Source of the DNA: Oscillospiraceae bacterium
GTDB lineage: Bacteria; Bacillota; Clostridia; Oscillospirales; Oscillospiraceae
DNA: 64,000 nt
Assembly (NCBI GenBank): GCA_017434755.1
Contig: JAFRER010000016.1
Span: 86,391-150,390, forward strand
Direction: 5' to 3'
The notes beneath the pieces were generated by a model. The model was not told the DNA's origin. It saw nothing but the letters and a program-made list of their open reading frames with translations, and did no database searches. Below are positions 24,912 through 32,382 of the stretch, one piece after another. Positions within the stretch are counted from its first letter, which is position 1; each line of letters opens with the position of its first letter. Made by a program: the position numbers and the translations under genes.

Positions 24912-24943
24912 TTCTTTTCAAATCGCACAGGCAATGATATAAT

Positions 24944-24974
24944 GGGGATGCGGTTTTCCGCATCCCCGGTTTTT
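24944..24974 (+). terminator. Intrinsic terminator/attenuator immediately after mop
   Basis: Stem GGGGATGCGG / CCGCATCCCC with a TTTT loop, followed by GGTTTTT. A TATAAT-like hexamer lies just upstream (24938-24943). Confidence 0.6.
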
Positions 24975-25002
24975 GATTTTCGGATCATACAGGAGTGAGG
25001 CC

Positions 25003-27291
25003 ATGGGTACTATAAAGGAGCGCGGCTCCACCCACGTCTATAAGGTCAATAAAATCTCCAAAGAGGAAATGGAGAGCATGGTGGCCCGCTGCGTCTATGA
25101 GGAGCCGCCGTTCTGCAGCGCGGCCTGTCCGCTGAAGCTGGACGTGCTCGCCTTCCTGGAGGCAGCGGCGGCGGGAAGCTTCAAAAAAGCACTGCAGCTG
25201 TATGAAAAGATCGCGCCGTTTCCGCTGATCCTGTCCGCCGGCTGCGAGGCTCCCTGCGAGGCGAAATGCCGCCTGAGCGAGATCGGCGAGGGCGTGCTGA
25301 TCAGCGAGGTCGAAAGGGCCGTTTCCCGCTTCGGCGAGCAGAGTAAACTGGGCGGCGTATTCCGCAGCAAGAAGCGGAAGAGCACCGCCGTCCTGGGCTC
25401 GGGGCTTTTCGCTCTGATGCTGGCCGGTGAGCTGGAAAAGAAGGCCTATCCCATCAAAGTGTTCTGCGAGCAGGATTCCTGTGAAAGCTACCTGCGCGCC
25501 TGCGCTCCTTTTCTGGATGAGGAGTCCTTCGCTGTGGAGCTCAAGCGCCTGCGCGGGAAGGACATTCAGTTTGAATTCAACTGTCGCATGGACGCGGCGT
25601 TCTATGATGATATAAAGGGCTCGTTCGATGTGCTCTGCGCATCCGACGAGCTGCGGCGGAGCCTCTTTCCAGAGGCCGAGCCGAACCAGGAACTCATGTT
25701 CTGTGAGGAGCAGGGGCTGGTCAGCGGCAGGACGGAGGGAGTCCTTGGTGCCGCTTTCGGTGCGAAGAAGGCGGCGCTCACGGTGGACAGGCTCGCCCAG
25801 GGTCTCGACCCTCGGAACACCCGCGGACAGGAGGGCTCGGTAGAGAGCAGGCTCTATACCGACCTGAGCGAGGCGGCGGCGCTGAAGCGTGTGCCCTGCC
25901 CCGAAGAAGGCTACAGCAGGGAACAGGCCATGGAGGAGGCGGGAAGGTGCATCTCCTGCCACTGCGAGGAGTGCCTGAAAAGCTGCGCATACCTGAAGCA
26001 CTATAAAAAACACCCAGGCCTGCTGGCCAGGGAGATCTACAACAACACCCAGATCATCATGGGCGACCACCAGCTGAACAAGCCCATGAACGCCTGCTCC
26101 CTCTGCGGGCAGTGCACGGCTGTGTGTCCCAATGATTTCGATATGGCGCGGGTATGTCTGCTGGCGCGGAAGAATATGGTGTCCACCGATAAAATGCCGC
26201 TGGCGCCCCATGAATTTGCGCTGATGGACATGTTCTTCTCCAACATCGACGCCTTTCTTTCAAGGCCCCAGCCCGGATTTGAAAAGTGCAAATATGTTTT
26301 CTTCCCGGGCTGTCAGGCGGCGGCGATTGCGCCGGAGACGGTGAAGGCCGCCTACCGCGATCTGACTGAACGGCTAGAGGGCGGCGTGGCGCTGATCCTC
26401 GGCTGCTGCGGCGCCATAGCAAGCTGGGCCGGCAGGGACGAGATGGCGGATCAGACCCATGAACAGCTCGACAGAGAGCTTGCCCGCCTCGGCGATCCCA
26501 TCGTGATAGCCGGCTGTCCCAGCTGCGCGAAGGAGCTTCGTGAAAACGGGGCGAAGGACGTACGCGGGATCTGGGACGTGCTGCTGGAACTGGGTCTTCC
26601 CGAGGGAGCGCACGCGCTGGAGAGACCGGCGGCGCTGCACGACTCCTGCGGCGCACGCGGGGATGAGAAAACGCAGGCAGCCATACGGGAGCTTGCGTCC
26701 CGGCTCGGCTGCGAACTGGTGGATACGCCCTACTCCGGCGACCGGTCTCCCTGCTGCGGCTACGGAGGACTCACAGCCTACGCAAACCGCGAGGTGGCCG
26801 GCGAGATGACGGAGAAATGCCTGGAGCGCAGCGATGCGCCGTATATCTCCTACTGCATGGCCTGCCGGGATCGCTTTGCCCGTCAGGGCAGGGAATCGAG
26901 GCATATCCTGGAGCTCTGCTATGGCACCGACGCCGGCAGCCCGCCGGACATCAGCGAGAAACGGAAAAACCGCCTGGCGTTGAAAAACGAGCTGCTGCAG
27001 GAGATCTGGCTGGAGGATGCGATGGAGGACAAACTGGATTATAAGCTCTTGTTCACGGACGAGGCGCGGGAGCTGATGGACGACCGCATGATCCTCGTGG
27101 AGGACGTGATCGCCGTGATGGAGGACTTCCGGGAAAGCGGCGAGGCCATAGAGGACGATGACGGCCTGCTCGTGGCGCGCCGGCGTGTGGGCAACGCCAC
27201 CTTCTGGGTCAAATTCAGCCTGGAGGACGGAGGCTATCTCATCCGCCGCGCATGGAGCCACCGCATGAAGGTCGTAAAACGGGAGGGCTGA
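25003..27291 (+). CDS. Multidomain Fe-S protein: GltD-N-like Cys region, degenerate dinucleotide-binding fold, 2x[4Fe-4S], two CCG (HdrD/GlpC-like) domains, and a C-terminal domain of unknown function
   Basis: 762 aa from ATG 25003 (RBS AGGAGTGAGG). Motifs PPFCSAACP...CEAPCEAKC, AVLGSGLFAL, CISCHCEECLKSC, CSLCGQCTAVCPNDFD, FFPGCQ and HDSCGARG (CCG-type). Confidence 0.85.
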   Translation: MGTIKERGSTHVYKVNKISKEEMESMVARCVYEEPPFCSAACPLKLDVLAFLEAAAAGSFKKALQLYEKIAPFPLILSAGCEAPCEAKCRLSEIGEGVLISEVERAVSRFGEQSKLGGVFRSKKRKSTAVLGSGLFALMLAGELEKKAYPIKVFCEQDSCESYLRACAPFLDEESFAVELKRLRGKDIQFEFNCRMDAAFYDDIKGSFDVLCASDELRRSLFPEAEPNQELMFCEEQGLVSGRTEGVLGAAFGAKKAALTVDRLAQGLDPRNTRGQEGSVESRLYTDLSEAAALKRVPCPEEGYSREQAMEEAGRCISCHCEECLKSCAYLKHYKKHPGLLAREIYNNTQIIMGDHQLNKPMNACSLCGQCTAVCPNDFDMARVCLLARKNMVSTDKMPLAPHEFALMDMFFSNIDAFLSRPQPGFEKCKYVFFPGCQAAAIAPETVKAAYRDLTERLEGGVALILGCCGAIASWAGRDEMADQTHEQLDRELARLGDPIVIAGCPSCAKELRENGAKDVRGIWDVLLELGLPEGAHALERPAALHDSCGARGDEKTQAAIRELASRLGCELVDTPYSGDRSPCCGYGGLTAYANREVAGEMTEKCLERSDAPYISYCMACRDRFARQGRESRHILELCYGTDAGSPPDISEKRKNRLALKNELLQEIWLEDAMEDKLDYKLLFTDEARELMDDRMILVEDVIAVMEDFRESGEAIEDDDGLLVARRRVGNATFWVKFSLEDGGYLIRRAWSHRMKVVKREG

Positions 27292-27293
27292 GC

Positions 27294-27515
27294 ATGGCGA
27301 TCGAGAAGAATTATTACACCATTGATCCCGAAGGGAAGATCAGGTGCTTCAAGTGCAAGGTCCCGCTTATAAAAGGCAAGGCCAAGTTCATGTATCTGGA
27401 CAACGGCTTCCCCGTGGAGCTGCCGGTATGTCCGGTCTGCGGCTACGTATATGTGCCTGAGGAGCTGGCGCTGGGCAAGGTGGCGTCCGTTGAGAGAGCG
27501 CTGGAGGATAAATGA
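27294..27515 (+). CDS. Small Zn-ribbon protein (73 aa; resembles what annotation pipelines call a DVU_1557-family redox protein)
   Basis: CFKC...CPVC pairs. RBS GGGAGGG. Lies 2 nt after the preceding stop. The family name is from memory. Confidence 0.7.
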   Translation: MAIEKNYYTIDPEGKIRCFKCKVPLIKGKAKFMYLDNGFPVELPVCPVCGYVYVPEELALGKVASVERALEDK

Positions 27516-28024
27516 GGAGCCATCCCGGAGGAAAGGAACACACCCTCCGCATGCTGGAACTGGCGGAACTTCCCGAGGGGGCCTCTGTGCTGGATATGGG
27601 CGCCGGAGCCGGAGAGGCTCTGAAACTCCTGCGCTCGATGGGCTTTGAGGCGGAGGGGATCGATCTCAAGCCGCGCTCGACACTTGTCCGGCGGGGCGAC
27701 TTTCTGCACACGGGTTTTCCCGATGAGAGTTTCAACGCGGTACTGAGCCAGTGCGCCTTTTTCGTATCGGGCGACCAGAGCGGCGCGGTCAGGGAAGCCT
27801 ACCGGCTGCTTCGGAAAGGTGGGAAGCTCCTGCTTTCGGATGTTTTTTTCACCGATCCGCAGGACATGCTTCGGAACGCGGGCTTTACTGTGATATACAG
27901 CGAGGACATGACCGGGCTCTGGAGGGAGTATTATCTCGAGACTCTCTGGCGGGACGACGCCCTTTGCTGCGGGATCCCGAAGGGCAAAAGCAGCTATCAC
28001 TTTCTGATCGGAAGAAAGGACTGA
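27512..28024 (+). CDS. Small class I SAM-dependent methyltransferase (170 aa)
   Basis: Motif I VLDMGAGAGEAL and post-I GIDL. ATGA overlap with the upstream gene. Confidence 0.8.
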   Translation: MRSHPGGKEHTLRMLELAELPEGASVLDMGAGAGEALKLLRSMGFEAEGIDLKPRSTLVRRGDFLHTGFPDESFNAVLSQCAFFVSGDQSGAVREAYRLLRKGGKLLLSDVFFTDPQDMLRNAGFTVIYSEDMTGLWREYYLETLWRDDALCCGIPKGKSSYHFLIGRKD

Positions 28025-28028
28025 TACC

Positions 28029-28454
28029 ATGGATCTGTTTGACAGAATAATGGAACTGAGCCGTTACGGCTATTTCTGCAGCCAGATACTGGCCATACTC
28101 ATGCTGGACACGATCGGCGAGGAAAACCCAGGCCTCGTGAAAGCGATGGGAGGCCTGAACGGCGGCGTGGGCTATTCGCAGGGCTGCTGCGGCTGCATGA
28201 CGGGCGGCGTATGCCTAATCTCTTATTTTACGGGCAAGGGCGAGGACACGGGCTACGACGATCCGCAGCACAAGCCGGCCCTCAGTGAATTCACAAAGTG
28301 GTTTGAGGAGGAGATGACCGCGGAATACGGCGGCATCGACTGCCGCGACATAACCAAAGGCAATCCCGCCAAGAGAGTGGAATACTGCCCGGCAATCATC
28401 GCCGCCACCTTTGAGAAATGCATGGAGATCCTGCAGGAAAGGGAACTGCTGTGA
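28029..28454 (+). CDS. C_GCAxxG_C_C family protein (putative redox-active Cys protein)
   Basis: Ordered Cys pattern: FCSQ ... GCCGCMTGG ... DCRDI ... YCPAII. Confidence 0.8.
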   Translation: MDLFDRIMELSRYGYFCSQILAILMLDTIGEENPGLVKAMGGLNGGVGYSQGCCGCMTGGVCLISYFTGKGEDTGYDDPQHKPALSEFTKWFEEEMTAEYGGIDCRDITKGNPAKRVEYCPAIIAATFEKCMEILQERELL

Positions 28455-28459
28455 GTGAT

Positions 28460-29671
28460 ATGCCTGTATCCCGCCTGGATGCGCTGATAGCGGAGCAGGA
28501 GGGACTGGAACGGGTCGATGCGGAAACCATACGGTCGATCCAGCTGAAAAAACTGAACCGGCTCCTGGAGCGTGAAAAGGAACGCGGAGGCTTCTACCGG
28601 GGCCTTCCGGAGCGGCTGCGTTCTCTGGAGGAGCTCCCGTTCCTCCCGTTTACCACCGATGAGGATCTCGCTGCAAATTCGAGCGGGCTATTGCTGTGCT
28701 CCCAGGCGAGAGTGTCGAGAGTCCTGTCCGACGCCACCTCCGGCACCACGGGCGCAGCCAAGCGCGTGTTCTATACCGAGGACGATCTGGAAAACACGGT
28801 GCAACTCTATATGGCGGGGCTGGGAGAACTTGTTTTCCCGGGCAGCGTCACCATGATCTGCTTTCCTTTCTCCGGACCGTTTGGGTTAGGGGAACTTATT
28901 TCCGAAGCCATAAGCCGTCTCGGTGCAAAACCGCTGAAGACAGGGCCTTTCCTCTGCTACGGGGAATACGCGGAACTGCTGGAACGTGAAAAGCCAGACA
29001 CATTCGTGGGAATGCCCGTACAGCTGCTGGGACTGCTGCGTTTCTGCGGCAGAGGCAGCCTGCGCCGCGCCCTCGTCAGCGGGGACGCGTGCCCGGAGAG
29101 CGTGATCCGGGAATGCGAGAGCATTCTCGGCAGCAGGCTTTTCCCGCATTACGGCTCACGGGAAATGGGCATGGCCGGTGCGATCTGCTGTCAGGCTCAT
29201 GAGGGCATGCACCTGCGGGAGAACAAGATCATCGCGGAGATCGTGGATGGGGCGGGCAATGCTCTCCCCAAAGGAGAATGGGGCGAGCTCGTGATCACCA
29301 CGATCGGGATGGAGGCCATGCCCCTCATCCGCTACCGCACCGAAGACTATACGCGCATTCTTCCCTCGCCCTGCCCCTGCGGCAGCCAGACACTGCGTCT
29401 GGACAGGATAGAGCGGAAGCAGGAAGGGCCGAGCGTGCCTGAACTCGACGGCATCGTTTTCACGGATCCGGCTGTGACGGACTGCCGCTATGAGCGGAAA
29501 GAGGACAGACTGGATGTGCTCATCCTGACAAAAGGCAGTGCGGATATTGCAGCGCTTGAGGAAAAGCTTTCCGCTGCCGCGGCGCCCCTGAAGGTCGGGA
29601 TCTCCGCAAGGGAGGCAACTCCTGGCGATCAGTCGCTCTATCGTGGGAAACGCACGCTGAACCAAAGCTGA
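28460..29671 (+). CDS. PaaK/coenzyme-F390-synthetase-like adenylate-forming enzyme (AMP-dependent ligase)
   Basis: P-loop-like SDATSGTTGAAKRVFYT. The C-terminal subdomain includes YRTEDY. An alternative GTG start at 28451 overlaps the upstream stop. Confidence 0.8.
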   Translation: MPVSRLDALIAEQEGLERVDAETIRSIQLKKLNRLLEREKERGGFYRGLPERLRSLEELPFLPFTTDEDLAANSSGLLLCSQARVSRVLSDATSGTTGAAKRVFYTEDDLENTVQLYMAGLGELVFPGSVTMICFPFSGPFGLGELISEAISRLGAKPLKTGPFLCYGEYAELLEREKPDTFVGMPVQLLGLLRFCGRGSLRRALVSGDACPESVIRECESILGSRLFPHYGSREMGMAGAICCQAHEGMHLRENKIIAEIVDGAGNALPKGEWGELVITTIGMEAMPLIRYRTEDYTRILPSPCPCGSQTLRLDRIERKQEGPSVPELDGIVFTDPAVTDCRYERKEDRLDVLILTKGSADIAALEEKLSAAAAPLKVGISAREATPGDQSLYRGKRTLNQS

Positions 29672-29679
29672 ACAGATTA

Positions 29680-29715
29680 AAAAACCGCCCGCATCGACTT
29701 GATGCGGGCGGTTTT
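29680..29715. terminator. Bidirectional terminator between the ligase (+) and def (-) genes
   Basis: Perfect 11-bp stem CCGCCCGCATC / GATGCGGGCGG with a 5-nt loop, flanked by A5 and T4. Confidence 0.85.
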
Positions 29716-29728
29716 GCGCTGTTCGGTT

Positions 29729-30208
29729 TTATTTTTTCATAACAAAGGATTTGCTGTCGATGGCTCTCATGGTGGCAAGGATGCCGTCCAGATGGTCATA
29801 TTCGTGCTGGATGAGCTCGGACATATCGTCGTCCATCCGCATCTCCCGCTTTTTCCAGTTTTCGTCCGTATAGCGGAGGATGCAATGACGCCAGCGCCGC
29901 ACGCGCACAAGAAGCTTCGGGAAGGACATGCAGTCGTCCATCAGTTCCATCATCTCGTCGCCGATGAATTTGAGGGAAGGGTTGATGATGACGTAAGGCC
30001 TGTCGGTGAGGATGCAGATCAGCCTCTTGTTGACGCCGATCTGCGGCGCTGCAATGGCCCGGCCGAAGCCGTAGTCGCGGCGGATGGCCTTTATGCAGTC
30101 GAACAGGTCCGTGATCGTGTCTTTTAAGCCTTCAAGCTCCTCGGGCCTGACCTCTTCGGATATCTCATACAGTCTCGGGTCGCCGAGCAGCAGGATCTCT
30201 CTTTCCAT
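29729..30208 (-). CDS. def: Peptide deformylase (variant motif 2)
   Basis: Motifs GRAIAAPQIG, DDCMSFP (in place of EGCLS), QHEYDHLDG. Confidence 0.8.
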   Translation of the reverse strand: MEREILLLGDPRLYEISEEVRPEELEGLKDTITDLFDCIKAIRRDYGFGRAIAAPQIGVNKRLICILTDRPYVIINPSLKFIGDEMMELMDDCMSFPKLLVRVRRWRHCILRYTDENWKKREMRMDDDMSELIQHEYDHLDGILATMRAIDSKSFVMKK

Positions 30209-30220
30209 GATCTCTTCCTT

Positions 30221-30619
30221 TCATGTACCCGCATCTGGTGCGGTCTCATCGTGCGGCTTTGTTTTTCTCCTGCTGTTCGTGAGATCGTAACTCAGCTGCA
30301 GGAGCTCTTTTATCAGGACATCATCAGCGGTACCGTCGAGGAGAATCGTGATCCAGTTGTCCTTGTTCATATGATAGCCGGGCAGGATACCCGGCTGTCC
30401 CCGGTACGCGCCCATGAGGAAGGGGCCGCATTTCACGTCGACGATGTCGACGGAGCCTTCCTTCGCGATCCCCAGCCTACGGTACTGTATCCGCATGGCA
30501 ACAGCGAACCACTTGCGGCTGCCCTGATGGCGGAAGATGAAGTTCTCATCCATCCAGGGATATTCCGCCTCGGTGGAATATGTATCGAAAACATAGGAAA
30601 GCAGTTCGTCTCTGGTCAT
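30221..30619 (-). CDS. MmcQ/YjbR family DNA-binding protein
   Basis: Motifs EYPW......FRH...RKWFA and GYHMNK.NWITILLDG. Confidence 0.8.
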   Translation of the reverse strand: MTRDELLSYVFDTYSTEAEYPWMDENFIFRHQGSRKWFAVAMRIQYRRLGIAKEGSVDIVDVKCGPFLMGAYRGQPGILPGYHMNKDNWITILLDGTADDVLIKELLQLSYDLTNSRRKTKPHDETAPDAGT

Positions 30620-30652
30620 GCCTTCTCCTCCGGTGCAGGCTCCGGCCGTCTG

Positions 30653-31165
30653 TCAGATATAGGTGACGGTCTGGTCCAGCGGTTTTCTTTTTGTGTGATT
30701 GGGGAGGGGACCCGCACCTTCGGCAGCATAGCCGAGATCCATAAGCATGAGGATCTCCTCACACTCCGGAAGCCCGAGAGCCTCTTTGGCAAGCGCGGGG
30801 TCGAAGAAATTGAGCCAGCAACTGTTCACTCCCTCATCTGCGGCGGCGAGGATCATATGTGTCGCGACAATCGCCGCATCCTCCGTGCCGGAGTCTCTGC
30901 CTCCGCCTGGGTAGGTAAAAACGTTGGTGCTGTCAAAGGCAACGGCCAGCATGACCGGCGCACCATAGCGGCAGGGGGTGACAGTGTCGAGTTTTGCCAG
31001 GGCCGCAGGGTCGCGGACCACATAGATGTGCTGCTCCTGCAGGTTCTTTGCGGTGGGGGCAAGGCGTCCGGCCTCAAGAATGGCGGTGAGCTTTTCGTCC
31101 TCAATGGGACGGTCGGAGTACTTTTTGCATGAATAGCGGTTTCTGATCACTTCTTTGAATTCCAT
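30653..31165 (-). CDS. Nitroreductase family protein
   Basis: IRNRYSCKKY....I....L..ILEAGRLAPTAKNLQ is typical of the NfnB/NfsB-like fold. Confidence 0.85.
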   Translation of the reverse strand: MEFKEVIRNRYSCKKYSDRPIEDEKLTAILEAGRLAPTAKNLQEQHIYVVRDPAALAKLDTVTPCRYGAPVMLAVAFDSTNVFTYPGGGRDSGTEDAAIVATHMILAAADEGVNSCWLNFFDPALAKEALGLPECEEILMLMDLGYAAEGAGPLPNHTKRKPLDQTVTYI

Positions 31166-31201
31166 GGAGGTGCTCCTTTCCGTTTTATATGTTTTTAACT
31201 A

Positions 31202-31873
31202 TTACCAGATGAACGGGATGACCCTGTACTTAACGCGCTGCATATAGTCCGCATATCCTTCGAGGCCATCCCCGAGGACCTGTTCCTCGTTTTTCATGCG
31301 TCTGGAGATCAGGGAGATATAGACCAGCATGATGAGGAAGGAGACCGGGGAACCGAGCACCAGCGGCATGGCGAGGAACAACAGGAGCGTGCTCATGTAC
31401 ATCGGGTGGCGCACGATGCCGTACAGACCGGTATCGATGACCTTCTGGCCCTCCTGCACCTCCACTGTCCGTGAGAGGTATGCGTTCTCCCGAAGGACCT
31501 CGGCATACAGGATGTAGCCGAGGAGAAAGACCGCCGCTGCCGCGTATGACACCCATAGCGGGAGAACGATCCAGCCGAAGCGGAAGTTCAGCCCCGCCAT
31601 GATGAAGGCAGCGAGGAACTTCACGGCGCTCAGAAGGATGACCGCCTTCTGCTCGTCCTGCTCCTCCTTCGCGCTCAGCCGTTTTTTCAGAAGCTCCGGG
31701 TTCACCGCCATCATGACGAGCCCCGCAATAAACATGGGGATGAACAGGATGCCGATGAGCAGCCACGCCTGCGGGTACCGGAAGGTCCCGGCGGGAAGAA
31801 AGAGAAGGGCTCCGATGATCAGCAGACCGCTCAGAAACTTGACGATCGCTTGTGTAAAAAGCTTTGCACTCAA
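31202..31873 (-). CDS. Isoprenylcysteine carboxyl methyltransferase (ICMT)-family membrane methyltransferase
   Basis: 5-6 TM helices. C-terminal GLYGIVRHPMY motif. TTG start at 31873 with RBS AAGAGG 10 nt upstream. Confidence 0.75.
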   Translation of the reverse strand: MSAKLFTQAIVKFLSGLLIIGALLFLPAGTFRYPQAWLLIGILFIPMFIAGLVMMAVNPELLKKRLSAKEEQDEQKAVILLSAVKFLAAFIMAGLNFRFGWIVLPLWVSYAAAAVFLLGYILYAEVLRENAYLSRTVEVQEGQKVIDTGLYGIVRHPMYMSTLLLFLAMPLVLGSPVSFLIMLVYISLISRRMKNEEQVLGDGLEGYADYMQRVKYRVIPFIW

Positions 31874-31900
31874 CGTTCAACGACCTCTTTCAATCCGGTT

Positions 31901-32215
31901 TCAGCCGGCATCCTCGTCCAGCGTCTCCAGCAGGAAGCTCACGGGACGAAAGCCGTCGTTGCAGGATATCATGGCGGAGCGGGGATCCTTCATCCAGCCT
32001 CCGTAAATGTCCTCACCGCCGCAGGACAGCGTCATCACAAAAGGGGAGACGCTCTCCCACGCGCTGTCGCAGAAGCCGGCGGGCTTCTCATAACCGTTCG
32101 CAACGAAGACCTTTCCGACGCTCATGGTGCAGGCGTGCTCGATGGGGTTTTCATACTGCGCGATGAGATCGTCGTAGCGGGCGATCCTTTTTACCGTGAT
32201 CCTGACCTTTTTCAT
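31901..32215 (-). CDS. TIGR04076-like small Cys-containing protein (104 aa)
   Basis: MKKVRITVKRI....DLI..Y.......C....G..F is recalled as the TIGR04076 family signature. The longer ORF to 32776 is an Arg/Ser-rich antisense of the next gene. Confidence 0.65.
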   Translation of the reverse strand: MKKVRITVKRIARYDDLIAQYENPIEHACTMSVGKVFVANGYEKPAGFCDSAWESVSPFVMTLSCGGEDIYGGWMKDPRSAMISCNDGFRPVSFLLETLDEDAG

Positions 32216-32382
32216 AGTACCGTGCTCTCCGGATTGAAAAAATGTGATATCAGGAAGATTATAACCCGATAATTCCTCCGTTTCAACAAAATAAGCGCAT
32301 CCGGGAGCAGTTTGTGTTCCTTGCGATGATGGGGAAAACAGGCTATAATACAAATGATAAAAACAGAAAGGAGGGCTGACCC

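Noticed and set aside
22155-27291. Selenocysteine recoding (in-frame TGA) or split ORFs in the Mo-hydroxylase and the Hdr-like Fe-S protein
   Set aside because: Both genes are uninterrupted single ORFs colinear with their families. No adjacent ORF pair looks like a TGA-split gene, and I noticed no SECIS-like hairpin.
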